Positions 50,407 through 50,473 of a DNA stretch of 50,473 nt are shown here, piece after piece. Position numbers and translations under genes: made by a program. Origin of the DNA: Octopus bimaculoides (Eukaryota). Every line of letters starts with the position of its first letter. Within the stretch, counting starts at the first letter, position 1. The DNA lies in NCBI RefSeq assembly GCF_001194135.2, contig NC_068990.1, positions 86,162,639 through 86,213,111 of the forward strand, written 5' to 3'. The notes below the pieces were generated by a model that was not told where the DNA came from, did no database searches, and worked only from the letters and a program-made list of their open reading frames with translations.

Positions 50407-50473
50407 TGTGATGTCTTTGCAGCTTTATTAATAAAGTCTACATATGTATATATGTATATACATATGTACATAT

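Larger units (their letters stand above)
50273..50436. repeat. Inverted repeat, 76/77-bp arms, 11-nt loop, each arm a hammerhead-like motif
   Basis: Arms 50273-50348 and 50360-50436; first 30 bp identical, 8 transitions plus 1 indel. Confidence 0.9.

Overview
AT-rich, microsatellite-laden eukaryotic genomic DNA from a gapped draft scaffold (seven N gaps). The SINE/MITE repertoire looks like that of an octopus (cephalopod) genome; this is pattern recognition, not a database match. No prokaryotic genes, rRNA, intact tRNA or CRISPR array were seen. The only host coding sequence I can support is two minus-strand exons (39241-38945 and 17484-17362, canonical AG/GT, phase 0-0, 21,460-bp intron) that splice in frame into a NIDO domain of the SNED1/alpha-tectorin type; the remaining exons lie outside the window, in gaps, or were not recognisable. 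The rest is non-coding sequence packed with at least five tRNA-derived or LINE-tailed SINE-like families, piggyBac-like, Tc1/mariner and hAT MITEs, a Tc1 transposase relic and a LINE 3' end. The most interesting unexplained structure is RNA-level: (i) several minimal type I hammerhead-ribozyme-like motifs of the Penelope type, including an inverted pair at 50.3 kb; (ii) a foldback element with a tRNA-Thr-like unit exactly at its centre and a 12-bp target duplication; (iii) a foldback transposon with head-to-head TTAGGG repeats near its centre and a 6-bp TSD; (iv) many long hairpins; (v) two motif clusters (CRE/M-box; six TAGGTCA). Almost all ORF-track entries are microsatellite or N-gap artefacts.
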